This document shows, piece after piece, positions 43,910-57,300 of a stretch of DNA of 64,000 bases (positions are counted from its first letter, which is position 1; every line of letters starts with the position of its first letter). Location of the stretch: contig OZ024741.1 of assembly GCA_964016885.1 (NCBI GenBank), positions 232,624,001 through 232,688,000 of the forward strand. The letters are read 5' to 3'. The position numbers were made by a program, and so were the translations under genes. Origin of the DNA: Eledone cirrhosa. Taxonomy: Eukaryota. The notes under the pieces are model-generated. The model saw only the letters and a list, made by a program, of their open reading frames with translations, was not told the DNA's origin and made no database searches.

Positions 43910-46311
43910 GTGGATTCGAACTGAAATTTAGATTTAAAAGATTCGTCGCACTGTAAGTCAATTAACTCCAACTGATATTCTTCTTCCACTTGCTCCACAT
44001 CTGTTTCGTAAGGAGTACCAAATAACTTAAATAGAGTTCCGTATTGCCGGAAGTCAGCAAAACGAGAGGAAAACTCGCTTCTCAAATCCTTAATAGAGCT
44101 CACAAAGATGTCTGGTATTATATCTCTCTTGTGATTTTGGAGACTTGGGAAATGAGAGTAGTTTCTTTTTTGAAGTTGTGATTCCCAAATTCGAAGTTTT
44201 CTCTTAAAAGAAGTAATTTGACCAAACATCTCAAATACAACCTTGTTCTTTCCTTGAAGCTCAAGATTCAAAGTGTTCATGTGGGTCGTTATGTCCAGTA
44301 AAAAAGCTAACTTCACAACCCACTGTGGATCCTGAAAGTAAGAATTATCTTGGTCTTTGCTCTCTAAAAACATAGAAATCTCTTCTCTCAATGCATATAC
44401 TCGTTCTATCATTTTTCCGCGGCTAAGCCATAGAACATTTGAAAAATATGTAAGGTCGCCATACTCTGCTTCAATTTGTTTTCGAAATTCTTGAATCTGG
44501 CGGTGATTTAGTCCTTTTGACAGTATAAAATTCACTGTTTTCACGACCACTGCCATGATGTCCTTAAAATTCAGTGACTTTGCACATAATGCTTCTTGAT
44601 GAATAATGTAATGAAGTTTGATTAGTTTTTGATCAATACCGATGTGGTTTTGGAGCAATGCAACAAACCCCTTTTTCTCTCCAACCATTGCTGGTGCTCC
44701 ATCTGTGACTACTCCAGAAAGCTTTGATAAATCCAGATTCGTTTCGGTAATCCATTTTATTATGCTTTCCAAAATATCTGCTCCAGTGCTAGTGTCCTTC
44801 ATAGGAATCAATTGTACAAATTCTTCCACAATATCAAATGTTGGTGTTACACCTCTCACAAACATTGCAAGTTGACAAGTATCCTTCATATCTGTGGTTT
44901 CATCGATAGCAATGGAATAATACTCCAGATTATTTAAAATGCCCTCCAAGCCACTTCTGACATTTGCTGCCAGCTCTTCAATTCGCCTTGCTACTGTTCT
45001 TGCCGATAAGCTGATTGCAGAAAATAATTCCCTTTTTTCTGGACAAACAACATCTGCTACCTTCAACAATAATTCTTTGAAGAAATCTCCATCAGTAAAA
45101 GTTTCACCCTTTCTGCAATTAGTTTTGACACCTCGTAGCTAGCACGAGTGTTTTGGTCACTTTCTTCAACTTTTCTAGTGAAAAAGGATGATTGCTTTGT
45201 TACATTATTTCTCAGCTGTGCAACTTCGTTTACTCGTGCTTTTCCAGTAAAACTGTTTTAGTGATTATGACGAGTTTCATAGTGCCATTTAATATTTGAA
45301 ATTTTCTTCACGGCAATGGTTTCTTGACAAATTAAGCAAACACATTTTCCGAAGTGCTCAATGAAAAAATAGCTAAGTGTCCAGCTATCGTTAAAAGTTC
45401 GGCTCTCCAAATCCACTTTTCTTTTCTTAGCTTCTATGGCTCGTTTTTGTTCAAACAAAAAAGATTTATGGAAAGGAAAAAGAACAAAAAGTATAATAAT
45501 CAGAATGAAGAAATAAGAAACAGTGAGAACAAATGTAAATGCAAATACAGTAATGCGATAAAATATGATAATTGTGAATAAATTATATAAAACCATGTTT
45601 CTAACTAGATCAGGGTTGCCATTTGTTTTTTAAAACCACTTCTGGCCTAATTCTAATAATAATAATTCACACAATTTATCACAAATAATTAAATAAACGT
45701 TATTATCGAATAAAGATACCTACTTTATAGTTGTTATGCCACCAGACAACAAACTCAAATGAAAATACTCTGGGGAGGAGGGAACGAAGTAATTTTTCCA
45801 ATGACAGCTTTACCTTTCGCCGGGGGGCACAGGTAAGGTCAGGCAAACGAAGACGACAATAATTCACGAGTGATTTTATTGAAAAGACAATATGGGTATA
45901 AAATCGAGTCATGCGAACCGTAAGGTAGTATACCTTCCAGTCGCTGACGAAAATACATACTTCCAGCCAACATTTGTGTTTGTTGACTGGAACAAAAACA
46001 CATACATGGAATCACAGGAAATAATAATACAGGTGATATAATGCTAGGCGGAAAGCCTAGAAAAAGATGGATAAGAGGAAATATAATCAATGGAAAATAT
46101 AATAATGTTACGTCTACATGTGCGAAAGGTAAATATATATGGAATGAGCAGCGATTTGTGATGGGCATTAGGTCGGCACAACCTTGAAGTGAACTATTGT
46201 ATCTGTATTCGATACTAATTAGATAATTAGTGTCCAGTGTAAGATGGCGGGCCGGACAAAAATTACTTGAGGGACGGTTGTGGCCCGCGGGCAGGGGGTT
46301 GCCGACCCCTG
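43910..46311 (-). mobile_element. hAT DNA transposon (Charlie/SPIN, GTF2IRD2-like transposase), 3'-truncated
   Basis: TIR CAGGGGTCGGCAACC at 46311; KKRKVD..CVCLIC..HYETRH; SIAIDETTD, VTDGAPAMVG, HYIIHQEAL, WLSRG; frameshifts. Confidence 0.92.
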
Positions 46312-46870
46312 AATTACAGGATTATATGCGAGTCCTTTGCTCCGTTATTTTTACTTGATATTTGTTCCTTGCGCTCTCTCTGCTGTTGAGCACCACAAAT
46401 TGAATAGTATAGGCTGCCATTTCTAGCAGCTTGTTCTGTTCATGCCACCGGTTACTGGTCCGTGCACGCATTTCTCTTACGTCTACATGTGCGAAAGGTA
46501 GTTTACTTTAGTTCTCTTTGGTAGTGGGGACAATATCGGCCTTCCACATTTGGATGACCCACCGGGCCGTATTGGAACCCACTAAAATGGCGAAACATGC
46601 TCTTGGTGAGTGCGTACATGTGTGATTTAGATAAGGCTGGTTTCTCATTTCAATTTATACTTTTAATTTTAATGGTTTTCCTATGCCTCTAGTAGTTTAT
46701 ATGCTCTTCTCGCTGGTGGTTTGAAATTCCTGTAAAGAAAAACACACTCTCCTGTGTCTTCCCCATCTATATATTGTATTTTAAAGTGCCCAGGAAAACT
46801 CTTTCCTTTGAGCTCATTTAATTACAGGATTATACGCGAGTCCTTTGCTCCGTTATTTTTACTTGATATG

Positions 46871-46903
<33 letters not shown>

Positions 46904-46982
46904 GTATATATATACATATATATATACATATATATATATATAAACACATATATGTATATATATATATGTATATATGTATGTA

Positions 46983-47508
46983 TCCTCAGCATTCTCGTGT
47001 AGCACCCATCCACCATCTGAGTGAGTCTCTTGGTCAGTGTCCAAGTCTCAGACCCATACAGCAGCACAGACTCCACTACAGCAATGAAGAGGCGGATTTT
47101 CAGGTCTCCACGAAGATCCGACTTCCACACCGATCTCAACCACATCATCTTCCGTATTCCCAATCTTTGCTCCCAAATACATTGCTCTGAACATTAATCA
47201 GTATACACTGAGGATGAAAAACTCAGAGCTGTATGGGAGCATCCCAAAAGTCAGCTCAAAAGTGACACAGAGGAGACTGAGGTTGGCTGGACATGCTCAC
47301 CGACATCCAGAGTTGACATTGCACTCAGTGCTCCTTTGGGAGCCCCTACATGGACACACTAGAAGAGGAAGACCAAGGTTAACATATGTTGATGCCCTAA
47401 GGACAGACACTGGTCTGTTGGAGATGCAGGATATGGCAGCGATAATGAGGGACAGAGACCGCTGGAGAGAACTCGTCCATGGATCTCGGGAATTTTACCC
47501 ACCTTAGA
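46983..47508 (+). mobile_element. RTE LINE 3' end with inverted 5' segment
   Basis: Minus: [24 protein letters not shown]; plus continues ALNI..ELYG..RRLRLAGH..LLWEP..RGRP. Confidence 0.88.
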
Positions 47509-47525
47509 TTATATATATATATATA

Positions 47526-47617
<92 letters not shown>

Positions 47618-47642
47618 TTATTTTTTTTATTTTATAGAAGGA

Positions 47643-47691
47643 GCTTCTACAGGACTAGTACTGTTTCATTCAGATGAAATCTTCAGGAAGC
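47643..47691 (-). ncRNA. Type I hammerhead (family O) inside fold-back 47631-47747
   Basis: gcttc-CTGAAGA-t-ttca tc tgaa-t-GAAAcag tactagtc ctGTA-gaagc; partial relative at 38470-38585. Confidence 0.8.
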
Positions 47692-47904
47692 CCTGAAGAT
47701 TTCATCTGAATGAAACAGTACTAGTCCTGTAGAAGCTCCTTCTATAAAATAAAATAAATTTTACTCTGCCATGTATTGAGTACCTTACTTACTGTGGTTA
47801 TCCCCGACTCAACCCGGGACCTACGTATATATATATATATATATATATATAAATGTAAAGTATAGAAATTATTGTGAGCAAGAAGCCAACAGTATTTCAT
47901 GGTG

Positions 47905-48082
47905 GATTGGCAGTATCGGTAGAGGGTCGGACGCCATGCTTTCAAGCATAGTTACGTCCCTTTACGATCTGAGTTCAAATCCCGCCGAGGTTGACTTTGC
48001 CTTTCATCCTTACGGGGTCGATAAAACAAAGTACCAGTAATGCACTGGGTAATTGCTGGCCTTGTGCCTAAAGTAGAAACAA
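47905..48082 (+). mobile_element. tRNA-derived SINE, octopus-like
   Basis: A-box-like tggcagtatcgg, B-box gagttcaaatcc, core ctttgcctttcatccttacggggtcgataaa, tail cctaaagtagaaacaa. Confidence 0.82.
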
Positions 48083-48099
48083 GTATTTCATTATATATA

Positions 48100-50590
48100 A
48101 GTGACTATAGCGTCAAAATGGAAAAATAGTTAACGTAAGATGTGGGAAAATAATTCAAACTCAATTCAAAAAGAATCAGGATATAAAATCATCCACAGAA
48201 TTTAGTGAAATCCAGGGAAAAATAAACAGAATAAAATAAAGTTTAAAATACTCATCCTTCAATGTATAAATTAAAAGAATTTGAAAATTAACGAAGGGAA
48301 GATATGTACGAGGAAAAAATATTTTATTTAGGGAGGGGGGGTGGAAAGGATGAAAAAAGGGGGAGGAGATGAGAGTGAAGGTGGAGAGGGAGAGATGGGT
48401 GATAGAGAGAAAGAGATAGTTTTTATAACTGAGAAAAGATATATTGTTTTACATAGAGAGGTTGAGAACCGTTGGAAGATAATGTATAAATTAAAAGAAT
48501 TTGAAAATTAACGAAGAGAATTTATGTATGAAGATGGAGAGAAAAAATAATCATTGTGGATGAATATTCTAACGTCAAAAAAAGTGTATGTTGATAAGTA
48601 TTGTGGCAATTTCAAAATTAACGAAGAGAAAAAATTATTAAGGTTTGTGTGTAGAAGGATTTGAGAAAAATAATGTGAAGTTAAAGTTTGTATATTGAAG
48701 GAATTGATAATATGTGCGAATAAAGAGTTAATATGTATTAAGAATGAGTTCGTTGATGGGGAGAAAAAATAATAAATTAAGGATGAAATTGAGATTAAAA
48801 AGTTTTATGATAGAGAGAAAAAATAATAATAATTGCGGATGAATATTCTAACGTCAAAAAAACAAATGTATATGTTATGAAGGATTTTACAAGGTGAAGA
48901 TAGAAAGAGGGTAATGAGTAAACAAGTATTATAGAGTGTATAATGCCCTTTGAAGTAAGGTAGGAAGATGGGTATATTTTAAAGAGGTGTATGTATATGT
49001 GCCTTTGAGAAAAGATTCTAAATTGATAAAGAATTGAATATTAACTGTATACTTTGTGAAAAGTCCTATGGAATTTATGCAGGCAGATAGAAAACAAATC
49101 TGTACGTCTATTTATTATAGAATCTAGATTAGAGATAATGGTAAATTTTTCATTTAGGCAGAGATTACAGATTTTAGATAGAGAGCTGTTCAAGTATGAG
49201 GATGCAGAAGAAACCTTCTTCCAAAAGATGGTATATTTAATGTTTTTGTCTTTCAAGGACCATATGAGTTCTGAGAGAGCCGTGTTGGTTCTTTTAAGTT
49301 TGTATTTGAAAGATGAATGGTGATTATAGAGACGAGCTTTAAAAGAGGTGGAAGTGGAGCCAAAATAGGTGAAGGAATTGGTGCTAGTTATAACTTTACA
49401 TTCATAAATTAAGTTTTTATCGAGACAATGGTTGTTGAGAGGACATTTATTTTTAATGCGGCAGTTGCAATTAGAGAGATTATTAATGAGTGACCTAGTG
49501 TTATCTATAGAAGGAATTGGATTGGAGAAGTTGTTTGCGATAGGAATAATAGGAATAATAGTTTCTTGATTTAGAGTTGGATTATGAACATTTAGCGAAG
49601 TTGTGTTTGACGTTGTATTTGGGTTTACAGAAGTTAGCCTAGGGTTTACAATTTACAATTCTTAATACATATTAACTCTTTATTCGCACATATTATCAAT
49701 TCCTTCAATATACAAACTTTAACTTCACATTATTTTTCTCAAATCCTTCTACACACAAACCTTAATAATTTTTTCTCTTCGTTAATTTTGAAATTGCCAC
49801 AATACTTATCAACATACACTTTTTTTGACGTTAGAATATTCATCCACAATGATTATTTTTTCTCTCCATCTTCATACATAAATTCTCTTCGTTAATTTTC
49901 AAATTCTTTTAATTTATACATTATCTTCCAACGGTTCTCAACCTCTCTATATAAAACATATCTTTTCTCAGTTTTAAAAACTATCTCTTTCTCTCTATCA
50001 CCCATCTCTCCCTCTCCACCTTCACTCTCATCTCCTCCCCCTTTTTTCATCCTTTCCACCCCACCCCCCTCCCTAAATAAAATATTTTTTCCTCGTACAT
50101 ATCTTCCCTTCGTTAATTTTCAAATTCTTTTAATTCATACATTATCTTCCAACGGTTTTCAACCTCTCTATGTAAAACAATATATCTTCTCTCAGTTATA
50201 AAAACTATCTCTTTCTCTCTATCACCCATCTCTCCCTCTCATCTCCTCCCCTTTTTCATCCTTTCCACCACCCCCTCTCTAAATGAAATATTTTTCCCAA
50301 TATCACACATCAATCTAAAACCACTTTTCATATGTTGATTTAAAACTGCACTATCCACAAGTGTTTTTTAGCCTTCATATCATGTTCTCCTGTTTTATCT
50401 GATGAAAACACAAATATTATTGCATGATGATGTTTGTTTTTGAAATGAGCATAATAAAATACATGGAACTCCTTTAACCATCTTTTGATCTTATATTATG
50501 TATACTCCAATCATACAAACTGTAGAGTGCTTCTTATCCGATATCTGCATTGCTTTATTGTACTACAATAAAACTCACCTCCTACATATA
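48100..50590 (-). mobile_element. Naiad-like PLE 3' fragment (family Q) with inverted UTR copy
   Basis: 49650-49041: CNCRIKNKCPLNNHCL..LIY..YFGSTSTSFKARLYNH..CNLC; ~48260-48745 inverted at 49656-50295. Confidence 0.8.
50394..50458 (+). ncRNA. Type I hammerhead (family R)
   Basis: tttat-CTGATGA-aaacacaaatatt..gatgtttgttttt-GAAA tgagca TA-ataaa; better copy at 54165-54229 (tgcgca) and inverted damaged copy at 54095-54160. Confidence 0.8.
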
Positions 50591-50926
50591 TATATATATA
50601 TATATATTAAAGTGTTAAACAATATTCAATGAGTATGTCAAAGAATGAGTTTTACAGTAGATTGGAAGCACTCTACGGTATTATTTGTCCGGAGTTATTA
50701 ATATTAAAATATAAATATTAATAAAATAGATGTTCTTTTGATCAATTAGATTTTATTATACATATTTCGGATGTACAACAGTACGAGTTCATCAGACAAA
50801 ATATAATCATATATGACATACCCTGAGATGTTAAATGGTTAAGATTTAATCAAGGTAGTACCTTAATTAGTACCTTGATTAAATCTTAACCATTTAACAT
50901 CTCAGGGTATGTCATGTATCATTATA

Positions 50927-50977
50927 TTTTGTCTGATGAGGACGTACTGTTGTACATCCGAAATATGTATAATAAAA
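50927..50977 (+). ncRNA. Type I hammerhead (family S) in fold-back 50700-51020
   Basis: ttttgt-CTGATGA-ggacgtac tgtt gtacatcc-GAAA tatgta TA-ataaaa; mirror copy at 50751-50801. Confidence 0.8.
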
Positions 50978-51014
50978 TGTAATTGATCAAAAGAACATCT
51001 ATTTTATTAATATT

Positions 51015-51102
<88 letters not shown>

Positions 51103-51106
<4 letters not shown>

Positions 51107-53380
51107 ATTAAAATACTGGAGCGTGTTGGAGTTAAACACCCTCTTCGTATTATAGAAATGACAGTAAAAGGTATAGCTCAATGTAATTAAACAGAGCCGA
51201 AGAATTATGAAAGTAAAACAAAGAAGCCTTCAATACATCAAAAGTCTTTATTAGCCAACAATGTTTCGTCCTATTAAGGACTCATCAGGGCAATTAAAAC
51301 AACAAGAAGTATTATCGGCCTATACAAGCCGAAAACTCCGAAGAATATGGAGTGTACATACACTAAAGTATTGCAAGATTATGGGTAAAAATATATAATA
51401 AAAATCACTAAGGAGGTGTATAAGATTTAGAACCATATTACAAATATAGTCCAAAGCAAAAAAACCTAGAGCTAAACAAAGGTAGTTATATATAGCGGGA
51501 ATTATATATAATACTATATAATATAATATAATATACTTGTAACAATATTAAAATTACAATAAAAATTAAAAGGTACAATATATATATGTATATATGTACG
51601 CACACGTACGCACACATACACATACATCAATACATATATCCATCTTTAACAGCACAAATTAAACCTTATTAAGAGTTTAAATATAAATAAGCATGATAGG
51701 AATAAAAATAATATTAATAGTAATAATACATATATCTAATATACATGAGGTAATAATATGATATGATTATAAGTAGCACATATAATATATAATAAACTAT
51801 ACAATTATAAACCATATATTATAATATAATAATAGATAATCTCCGGTTAATTTACACAAACAATATAGATGTCACAATAATACTATAATAATAATATAAT
51901 AACATATATAATATATAATATATAACGGCATGCAAGTTAACAAATCAATCCATATAGAGTTACAGAGTAGGTGAGAAAAAATATAAATTGTACAATGCCC
52001 AAAAATTATGATGGTACAAAAATATAAACTTCTTACATGATATATAAAAGTTAACATATCATAATGTTATATATAATCAACGGTAAGTAATAAGGATCGA
52101 TAGTACAATAACAAATACAATATAAAATAATTAACATAATATAATATATAATTACTTATAATTACAAGGTTGGTAAACAGACATATATGTGGATGAGTGA
52201 GTAAGGGCCAGACAGTAAATAGAATGCACAGTAGTATTAATAAATAAATAAATAAATAAATAGAATCAACCGGAAATTAAAAAACAAAAACAAAAGTATA
52301 TAGTTAGGTCTCACATGCAGTTAAGTGAAAACTTAGGAAACAACCCCGGTAAAGGACTCGAAAACCCTATTTGATAAATTAATATTAAAAATATTTAAAA
52401 TATATAATAAGGCAATACAATATTAGCTATGGTTTAAGTAATCAAAATATATAAACGTTAATATATCACTACAAATATAATATAAAGGGATGAAATTTTC
52501 TACTATCATTTACATAACGATATCTAAAAAACTGACTTAAGCAGAATTATGGTAGGCTAATAGGGACAGAAAAAAAGAAATGTATGGAGGATACAAAGGA
52601 GCATAAAATTATAGTCAATATACTATATTAAATAATAGAACGGAGCGTAAAAGAGGGCGGATTAAATATAATCATAAAGTATGTGAAGGGGTTGACAATA
52701 AGGATATGTGCGCATGGGGGGGGGGGGTATCGAATGAAGAATCCAAATAAAATAAAATAAAATAAAATGAAATAAAATAAAATAATGTAAAATATATAAT
52801 CAGATATATACTCATAAGGTGTTAATAATGAAAATGTAATGCGTAAGAAGATAGATATGGTATAGTAGCCAAAAGATTATGAGAGCTAGAATAAAGAGTT
52901 GTCAAAAACCAATGATAATAATGATGATAATAATGGTGGTAAACAAAAAGAACCTAAACTAAACAATAAGTAATGGAATATATCAGCTAATGGATACAAT
53001 TTAAACTACTAGAACCTTTAGGTTTATAATAAAAGTAAGAATTAGAAATAGCGTGGGGGCAAGAAGAGAATATCTCAGACTTTCTATTAAGTAAGGATTC
53101 GCTAGAGAAAATTATAGAGTGTGTCTCGAGGATACAGAGATTACAAAATTTAGTATGTGTAGAAAGGTTATTAGAGCGTGCTACTAAACGCCAATTAAGG
53201 CTATATGGTATATTAGCCCCCTTAAGATCCCAGATATAGTGTGCTAAAGAAGTAGAATTCTTAAACTTAACATGTTTGAAATTAGAGATATGAGAATTAA
53301 ACCTAGTCTTAAAAGTGTTAGATGTAGATCCTATATAAGTTCTATTAGAGGAATTAGTTATAACTACGCAAGCATAGACA
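51103..53380 (-). mobile_element. Naiad-like PLE 3' end: GIY-YIG, ~1.7 kb AT-rich UTR, HHR
   Basis: IVYAC..TYIGSTSNTFKTRFNSH..CNLC; HHR at 51254-51291. Confidence 0.8.
51254..51291 (-). ncRNA. Minimal type I hammerhead
   Basis: gcc-CTGATGA-gtcct taat aggac-GAAAC att GTT-ggc then AATAAA. Confidence 0.85.
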
Positions 53381-53434
53381 ATAAAATATATATATATATA
53401 TATATACATACATGTATAAATATATATATACATA

Positions 53435-53878
53435 TGGTGGTTGCCAACTCGTTTTCGAGTACGGCCACTACTTTATATCCATGTAGGAGAACCCCTACCG
53501 ATGCGCTGAACGAGTGTGACTTTTTAGTCCAGCCAGCGACTTGAAAACTCGGGTACAAACACTACACCTGTGACAATTATTGACACATAGTGCTGGGCCC
53601 ATGGTACCATGTGACGACAAGTGCAGAGAGATCTCCAGATACAAAGCAATGCCTGTGCCGTGAAGATTTTATAGTGAGCAAAGGCACTGCACAAAGCCAG
53701 TCCCACTCTGTTAACCGAGATGATATTTACCAAAAAGAAGAACAAGTCAACATCATTGGATACCATCAGGGTTGCAGGTGTTATATCAGAGTTTTCCTTC
53801 TCCTAGAATTTTGCCTTGACAAAGGCTAAGAGGTCATCTCTCCCGGTGACAAAGGCTAAGGGGTCATCTCTCCCGGAT
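53435..53878 (-). mobile_element. RTE-like 5' UTR fragment with a ~30-bp terminal duplication
   Basis: tagcctttgtcaaggca..ctaggagaaggaaaactctg motif. Confidence 0.55.
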
Positions 53879-53884
53879 ATGTAT

Positions 53885-54019
<135 letters not shown>

Positions 54020-54056
54020 TATGTATATATATATATGTATATATATATATGTATAA

Positions 54057-54360
54057 TATATAAGAACAAAAGATGGTTAAAAGAGTTCCATGTATTTTAT
54101 TATGCGCATTTCAAAAACAAATATCATCATGCAATAATATTTGTGTTTTCATCATATAAAAACATTTATCTGATGAAAACACAAATATTATTGCATGATG
54201 ATATTTGTTTTTGAAATGCGCATAATAAAATACATGGAACTCTTTTAATCATCTTTTGTTCTTATATATTATGTATACTCCAGTCATACAAACTGTAGAG
54301 TGCTTCTTATCCGATATCTGCATTGCTTTATTGTACTACAATAAAACTCACCTCCTACAT
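54057..54360. mobile_element. Family R fold-back copy
   Basis: 54057-54160 inverted versus 54165-54270; the rest matches 50394-50588. Confidence 0.8.
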
Positions 54361-54379
54361 ATATATATGTATATATATA

Positions 54380-55200
54380 TAAACGGAAAAAAAATGAAAC
54401 GGAATTTCATTTCCCACTCTAAGTACGGATGTTACTTAAATATAAGTATGAATACGTACATACATATATGTATACAGACGTACAGTAGTATGTATATATA
54501 CATACATGCACACATATATATATGTACGTATGGATTCACCAAACATTTATTATAATGCTCGGTGTGTTTGTAAACAAACATCCCGTATAAAGCCGTAGTG
54601 TCTAGCAACCACGGTTGCTCGTTTGTTCAACACTAACAAAGGAACGCTGTACTAGTTTCAAGCTTGTTAGCTATTGTCAGCAACGTATACCTTCCTGCCA
54701 GATTGTTGAACGTCCGAAAGTATATACTTTCCTTATGCATATAAACGGTTGAGTAGCCCAGTTTGCATATCGAGTGGGTTAATCGGCCGGGTGCACCGTA
54801 AACGATAAACGGAAAAAAATGAAACGAAATTTCATTTCCCACTCTAAGTACGGCTGTTACTTAAATATAAGTATGAATACGTACATACATATATGTATAC
54901 AGACGTACAGTAGTATGTATATATATATACATACATGCACATATAGTAGTATGTATATGCACATACAGTAGTATGTATATGCACATAGAGTAGTATGTAT
55001 ATGCACATACAGTAGTATGTATATATACATACGCACATACACATACATGTATATATATATACATACATTTACAAACACACCGAGCATTATAATACATGTT
55101 TGGTGAATCCATACGTACATATATATATATGTGTGCATGTATGTATATATATATACATACTCCTGTACGTCTGTATACATATATGTATGTACGTATTCAT
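54380..55200 (-). mobile_element. Family A tandem copy, minus strand
   Basis: Same terminus at 54381; HHR at 54645-54685 (G8A); inverted piece 55090-55200. Confidence 0.85.
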
Positions 55201-55233
55201 ATATATATATACATATATATATGTATATATATG

Positions 55234-55367
<134 letters not shown>

Positions 55368-55526
55368 CATATATATACATATATAATATATATATATGTA
55401 TATATATATATACATATATATATAAATATATATATATGTATATATATATATATACATATATATATACATATATATATAAATATATATATATATTTCAATA
55501 TATGTATATATATATAAATATATATA

Positions 55527-56280
55527 TAAGAGAGTATTGAAACGTCGGCACGTTGCGTATCAAGGAAGCACTTTTTATCAAACGCCTGCAACCGCAAATA
55601 AACAACCGATTAGAGAGAAGCGAAATAAGATGGCTGCTTTAAGTTAACAAACGATGTAGCAACACACAACACACGCACACACAAACGAGACAACTACACA
55701 CACACATACACAGTAGCATTCCACCATACGAACATACTACACTGCCAATACAGAGGAACAAGGCAACTACACACGCACACACACACACACTCAAGCGAGA
55801 CAACAACACACGCACACACACACACAGTAACATTTAACAAACAGGCAGAGAATGGGCTGACAGCTAGCGCCACCCCACTCCCTCATTCGGCCGCTGACCT
55901 CTGCCCGACCGACCCCACTTCACGCGCACGCGCGCTCTGCCGAATACCTCAGATATTCAAAACAACAAACAGCGGAGGACGCGTTTCGCACCTGTCCGAC
56001 AGACAACCTTTACCCCGGAAAAAAAAACCCACTTGATGGATGTGAATCCGAAATATATAGGGACTATTAAATCTCTCCCAAGGTAACTCTCTCTTGTGTT
56101 GTTATTTTTATTTTATCCTTTATACTCTTCCCTTCTTTCTTCTACACATTTACACATCTTTACACACCACGCATCTCAACGTACACCCACTTACATCTCT
56201 CTCTCCACCACCGGATCTTGTTACCCGGAGATTTACCCATTTGCATTGTCGAGGCTTCCAAACGACTTAAAAATATTTAA
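55527..56280 (+). mobile_element. PLE extreme 3' end with degenerate HHR
   Basis: [19 protein letters not shown] then stop; ggat gtga atcc-GAAA tata TA-ggg at ~56027-56062 with damaged core. Confidence 0.6.
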
Positions 56281-56508
56281 ATATATATATATTTACATAT
56301 ATGTATGTATATATATATAGGAACAAGTAAGACCCCGACGGCTGAGCTCAAGCCGTTTCGACGGCTAATTCAGTCCAGAATTAGCCGTCGAAACAGCCTG
56401 AGCTCAGCCGTCGGGGTCTTACTTGTTCCTATTACCCACTCTACTACCCTAAGTATTGAGTACTTTGGTGCGTTATGGTCCACCTGGTTCCTTACCACAT
56501 TTCCTTCG

Positions 56509-56582
<74 letters not shown>

Positions 56583-56591
56583 GTATATGTA

Positions 56592-56668
<77 letters not shown>

Positions 56669-56974
56669 TTGAAGAGTAACCAATCAAGAGAGAGATGGAG
56701 ATAGGAGAGGAGATAGGATAGGAGAAGAGAGATTCGTGAATTAGTTAGAAGCCAAAGCGTAAGGCATGTGCTCAATGTGCGATATGCAGTGGAAGGCAGC
56801 TAGGTGGCTGGGTTCATGCAGAGGTTAGGTGCACAGAGTTGGAAATATTCATTAGTTAAGCAAAACAAGACCACAAATTTCACAAGGAAGACATTATTAA
56901 AGGATTGTCAACATAATTTTAGTTTAATGTAAGGAATGTGGAGAATAATAATAATAATAATATTAATAATGTCC

Positions 56975-57094
56975 GTTTACAATTATTTCCCTACTCCATA
57001 TAATCTTTCTGGATCAAATGATTTTAGATCATTATTGATCTGGTTCAGTTGAAGATAATTAACTTAGGTACAATTAGAGAGAGCTCATCGGAAC
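56975..57094 (-). ncRNA. Candidate type I hammerhead with ~95-nt stem II domain
   Basis: gtt-CCGATGA-gctct..agatca ataa tgatct..ggagtagg-GAAAT aatt GTA-aac. Confidence 0.55.
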
Positions 57095-57300
57095 TTCAAA
57101 AGGAATATAAATTAAAATAAAAAAGAATGTTACATGAATGTAATGTTCCATATATTGGTATTTCACTATGGTGTCCTGGGTATATATATTGTCTGCCATA
57201 GTCGAGCATTATTCTTCTGTCGCGGCTGCATTGTGTGAGATCTGCCTATGGGTAACAAGATGGCCGCCAATGTCCGTTGTAATATATATATATATATATT

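Larger units (their letters stand above)
43520..46868. mobile_element. Family P non-coding HHR unit (~510 bp): inverted arms flanking a hAT fragment
   Basis: 43520-43910 is the reverse complement of ~46383-46780; 46312-46360 recurs at 46820-46868. Confidence 0.8.
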
